NCBI GenBank assembly: GCA_021414065.1
Contig: JAIOPE010000047.1
Span: forward strand, 46,272 to 110,271
From: Planctomycetota bacterium
Lineage (GTDB): Bacteria; Planctomycetota; JAJSAM01; JAJVHW01
Length of the DNA: 64,000 nucleotides
Reading direction: 5' to 3'
A program made the position numbers and the translations under genes. The notes beneath the pieces are model-generated. The model was not told the origin of the DNA. It worked only from the letters and a program-made list of their open reading frames with translations, and did no database searches. Position 1 is the first letter of the stretch. Every line of letters starts with the position of its first letter. Below are positions 61,387 through 64,000 of this stretch, in pieces.

Positions 61387-63401
61387 CCGGCGGAGCCTAC
61401 ACGGCCCGCCCGCACGAGCAGGAACAGGGTCAGGCCGAGCGCCAGCAGCGAGACGCTCGCGCCGATGCGCCACGACGCCGGGGCGTACTCGGCGGTCACG
61501 CGGTGTCTTCCCGCCGTCGCCACGCGGACCACCGGGAACGCGAGGTTGCCGCGGCGCGTCTCGGCGGGTTCGCCGTCCACGGAGTACGTCCAACCGGGGT
61601 ACAGCCGCGTCGAGACGACGAGCCACCCCGGGCCCGACGACTCCACGTCGAACTCAAGGCGTCCCGGCGGCGCGGCGACGAGCCTCGCGGTCCCGCGTGC
61701 GCCGGCGTCGGCCGGAACCGCGGGGCCGTCGAGGAAGAGCGTGCGCTCCCCCGCCTGGAGACGACGCAGAGCGGCGTCGTCCGTCACGCCGGTCACGGCG
61801 GCGCCGAAGAAACCGGCGGGGCCCATCGTTGGGTAGGGCTTCGCGAGAAGTGACGTGAGCGTGAATGCGTCGGGGCCGCCGCCCGGCTCGACCTCGCACG
61901 CGAGATCCACCCACCAGGCCACGGCGGGCGACGGCGCGTCGACGAGCGGGCCCCATCCCTTCGTTCGGACGAAGCACGGCATCCGCAGCGTCCACTGCGG
62001 ATCGCCGCCGGGCACCGCGCGTTCGAGGTTCGTCATCTGGTAGAGCGCTCGGGCGTGGACGCGGTGACCACGAGCGGCGGGCGGCAGCAGCGCGGCGACG
62101 TCCTGACGAAAGAGCGAGTCCGGCACGGACGCCACGCCCGGCACGCCGAACGCGATCGCCGCGGGAACGACGAGGAACCGCACCGCGCGGCACAGCCAGT
62201 GCGTCGCGGCGAACCGCGCGCCCACCGCATCCACGCCGTGGGCGGCGAGCACGGGGACGGCGGTCAGCGGCAGGAGGAGGAACCGCCCCGGCGACCGGGC
62301 GGAAGAGAACGGAGGGACGTCCTGGATCCACGCAGTGAAAGGCGTGCGCGTGCCCATCGAAGCCACGAGCCCCGCGACGGCCGCCCCGCCCCAGAGCCAG
62401 CGCCGCGGCGCGCCGCGCACGAACCCGAACGCTGCCAGCGCGAACGCCCAGACGCCGGCGATCCCGCGGAACTCGTGTCGGAAGTCCAGGTCGGCCGCCG
62501 CCGGCGCCGGCCCGGGGAACGCGGCGATCGCCTTCAGCGCGAGCGTTCCGGGCGGCACCGAGACGCCGAGCACCACCTGGGGGGTCTCGACCGCCGGAAG
62601 GGCCTGCGAGAGGAACTCGGCGGTGAGGGCGATCTGCGCCGCCGCGATGGCGACCGCGAGCGCAGCCCCGCCGGCGATGCGGCGGAACGCGGCGCCGCGG
62701 TCGCGGGCGCCCATCGATTCGACGAGCGCGAACGCGGCGGCGAGCGGTCCGAGGTAGAACCAGACCTGCACGTGGCCGGCGAGCAGTCCCGCCGCGGCGC
62801 AGATCGCGAGGGCCGGCACGGCGCGCCGTTCGCCCTTCACGCAGGCGTCGATCCAGCGCAGCACCCACGGCATCCACGCGACCGGCAGCACCAGATTGAG
62901 GTGGCCGCACGCAGTCCGGCCGACGAACCACTCGGAGACCGCGAACAGCACCGCGCCCGTCACCGCCGCCTGCAACGAGCAGTTCCGCCGCCCGAGAAAC
63001 GAGGCCATCCCCGCGGCGCCGAGTCCGGCGTGAACCGCTGCGGTCCACGCCCAAGCTGCGCCGAACGGCAGCACGAGAAACAGCGCGAGCCCCGGCGAGA
63101 GCAGGCCGTACATCCACGACGCCGCGAGCGGCGACCCGCCGTCGAACTCGTGGAACCAGAGGGGGAAGTGCCCGCTGCGCACCTTTGCCGCGGCCTGCTC
63201 GAAGACTGTCCCGACGAACGCCACGTCGTCGGTGTCCACGACGTCGCGCGGGAGCGAACCCCCGAACGCGGGGGCGCGGAAGATGACGAGGAAGACGAGC
63301 GCGACGGCGGCGCCGACGATCCACGGGGCGAGCGGCCCGGCGGCGCTCACGACGAGCGGTGCGCCGCGCGGTGACGGCTCGCGTGTCGTCGAGGCTCCCA
63401 T
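61383..63401 (-). CDS. Large polytopic membrane protein (YfhO-like / putative glycosyltransferase-type), 672 aa
   Basis: More than 10 predicted TM segments N-terminally, with a C-terminal extracytoplasmic domain. ATGA overlap with the MBL gene. Family assignment is tentative. Confidence 0.5.
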   Translation of the reverse strand: MGASTTREPSPRGAPLVVSAAGPLAPWIVGAAVALVFLVIFRAPAFGGSLPRDVVDTDDVAFVGTVFEQAAAKVRSGHFPLWFHEFDGGSPLAASWMYGLLSPGLALFLVLPFGAAWAWTAAVHAGLGAAGMASFLGRRNCSLQAAVTGAVLFAVSEWFVGRTACGHLNLVLPVAWMPWVLRWIDACVKGERRAVPALAICAAAGLLAGHVQVWFYLGPLAAAFALVESMGARDRGAAFRRIAGGAALAVAIAAAQIALTAEFLSQALPAVETPQVVLGVSVPPGTLALKAIAAFPGPAPAAADLDFRHEFRGIAGVWAFALAAFGFVRGAPRRWLWGGAAVAGLVASMGTRTPFTAWIQDVPPFSSARSPGRFLLLPLTAVPVLAAHGVDAVGARFAATHWLCRAVRFLVVPAAIAFGVPGVASVPDSLFRQDVAALLPPAARGHRVHARALYQMTNLERAVPGGDPQWTLRMPCFVRTKGWGPLVDAPSPAVAWWVDLACEVEPGGGPDAFTLTSLLAKPYPTMGPAGFFGAAVTGVTDDAALRRLQAGERTLFLDGPAVPADAGARGTARLVAAPPGRLEFDVESSGPGWLVVSTRLYPGWTYSVDGEPAETRRGNLAFPVVRVATAGRHRVTAEYAPASWRIGASVSLLALGLTLFLLVRAGRVGSAG

Positions 63402-63559
63402 CGCGGATCACCCAGCCGGGGACAGGGTCAGCTAGAACAGCCGCACGCCATCGTGCGGCGGACGGCGGCACCCAGGAACACCCAGGCGACCGTCGGCCCG
63501 TTGAAGCTAACCGAGCCAAGGCACGCGCGGCGACGACCGACTCGGGACTGCGTGGGGGG

Positions 63560-63965
63560 AGGCTTGACCTGTCGGGCGTGAGGTCCAAGCGCGCGTCCGA
63601 CTCCGCAACGGAACCGGCCCGGACCGAGGAGTCGATGACCCCTCGCTCGTGGTGGTGCACCCGACGAGGTAGGGACGAGTTCCGACGGTACAGGAGAGGC
63701 TCGACACACGTTCGCCCTCCGCGTCGAGCATCAGCGCCCATCGCGGCCGGGCCGGATCGAGGAGCTGGTGACCCGGCGCTCGTGGCGACGTCCCCGACGA
63801 GGTAGGCACGAGTCGCGAACGGTACAGGAGTCTTGACCTGTCGGGCGTGAGGTCCAAGCGCGCGTCCGACTCCGCAACGGAACCGGCCCGGACCGAGGAG
63901 TCGATGGCCCCTCGCTCGTGGTGGTGCATCCGACGAGGTAGGCACGAGTCGCGAACCGTACAGGC
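63560..63965. repeat. Three tandem copies (~135 bp each, middle copy diverged) of a palindromic intergenic repeat; conserved 3' core ...CTCGTGG(Y)G(R)YG(T)CCCCGACGAGGTAGGCACGAGTCGCGAACGGTACAGG
   Basis: Direct repeats at 63560-63695, 63696-63830 and 63831-63965. The same core occurs inverted at 49311-49372. Each unit carries a short stem-loop (CTCGTGG/CCGACGAG). Confidence 0.6.
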
Positions 63966-64000
63966 GCGAGACGCGCTATGCGCTGATCGCGGCCAGGATG

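Noticed and set aside
1-64000. tRNA, rRNA, transposase/IS elements, integrase, phage genes
   Set aside because: No cloverleaf-like conserved tRNA segments, rRNA signatures, DDE/tyrosine recombinase motifs or terminal inverted repeats flanking the array were recognised. The iteration appears to be segmental duplication rather than mobile-element driven.

Overview
High-GC (~70 %) bacterial chromosomal window with very strong GC3 bias. Most six-frame ORFs are antisense or alternative-start shadows. Genes were called by homology motifs, ribosome-binding sites and overlaps, and alternative GTG/TTG starts are frequent.

Coordinates 5.4-43.6 kb hold a ten-fold iterated module. Each unit is a minus-strand operon of an ECF sigma factor translationally coupled (GTGA/ATGA overlap) to a Hanks-type Ser/Thr kinase with a long C-terminal TPR array. 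Divergently transcribed from it on the plus strand is a small gene with a strong Shine-Dalgarno site. That gene encodes a 109-212 aa protein made almost entirely of degenerate 17-residue tandem repeats, x3-N-H-A-A-x-V-R-[ST]-x-V-x-A-G-G, which are 51-bp tandem repeats at the DNA level.

There are 10 kinases, 9 ECFs (two in tandem before kinase 1; kinases 2 and 3 lack an ECF) and 10 repeat proteins. A conserved ~25-bp motif (consensus about GAAATCTCCGGATTTCCCCGACAC) sits in every divergent intergenic region. The array is headed by a HlyD membrane-fusion protein plus a C39-peptidase-domain ABC exporter (double-glycine processing type) and a stand-alone TPR protein. It is tailed by a rhomboid-TPR protease.

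The remainder (46-64 kb) is ordinary: Crp/Fnr and MarR-GNAT regulators, IPMDH-family dehydrogenase, thiolase, enoyl-CoA hydratase, an MBOAT/SGNH O-acyltransferase pair, a VWA/HEAT protein, M1 aminopeptidase, MBL hydrolase and a YfhO-like membrane protein. A short palindromic intergenic repeat occurs at 49.3 kb and three times at 63.6-64.0 kb.

No rRNA, tRNA, transposase or CRISPR was seen. I do not recognise the 17-aa-repeat proteins as a described family. Their coupling to ECF/kinase pairs and to a double-glycine exporter is the candidate novel system.
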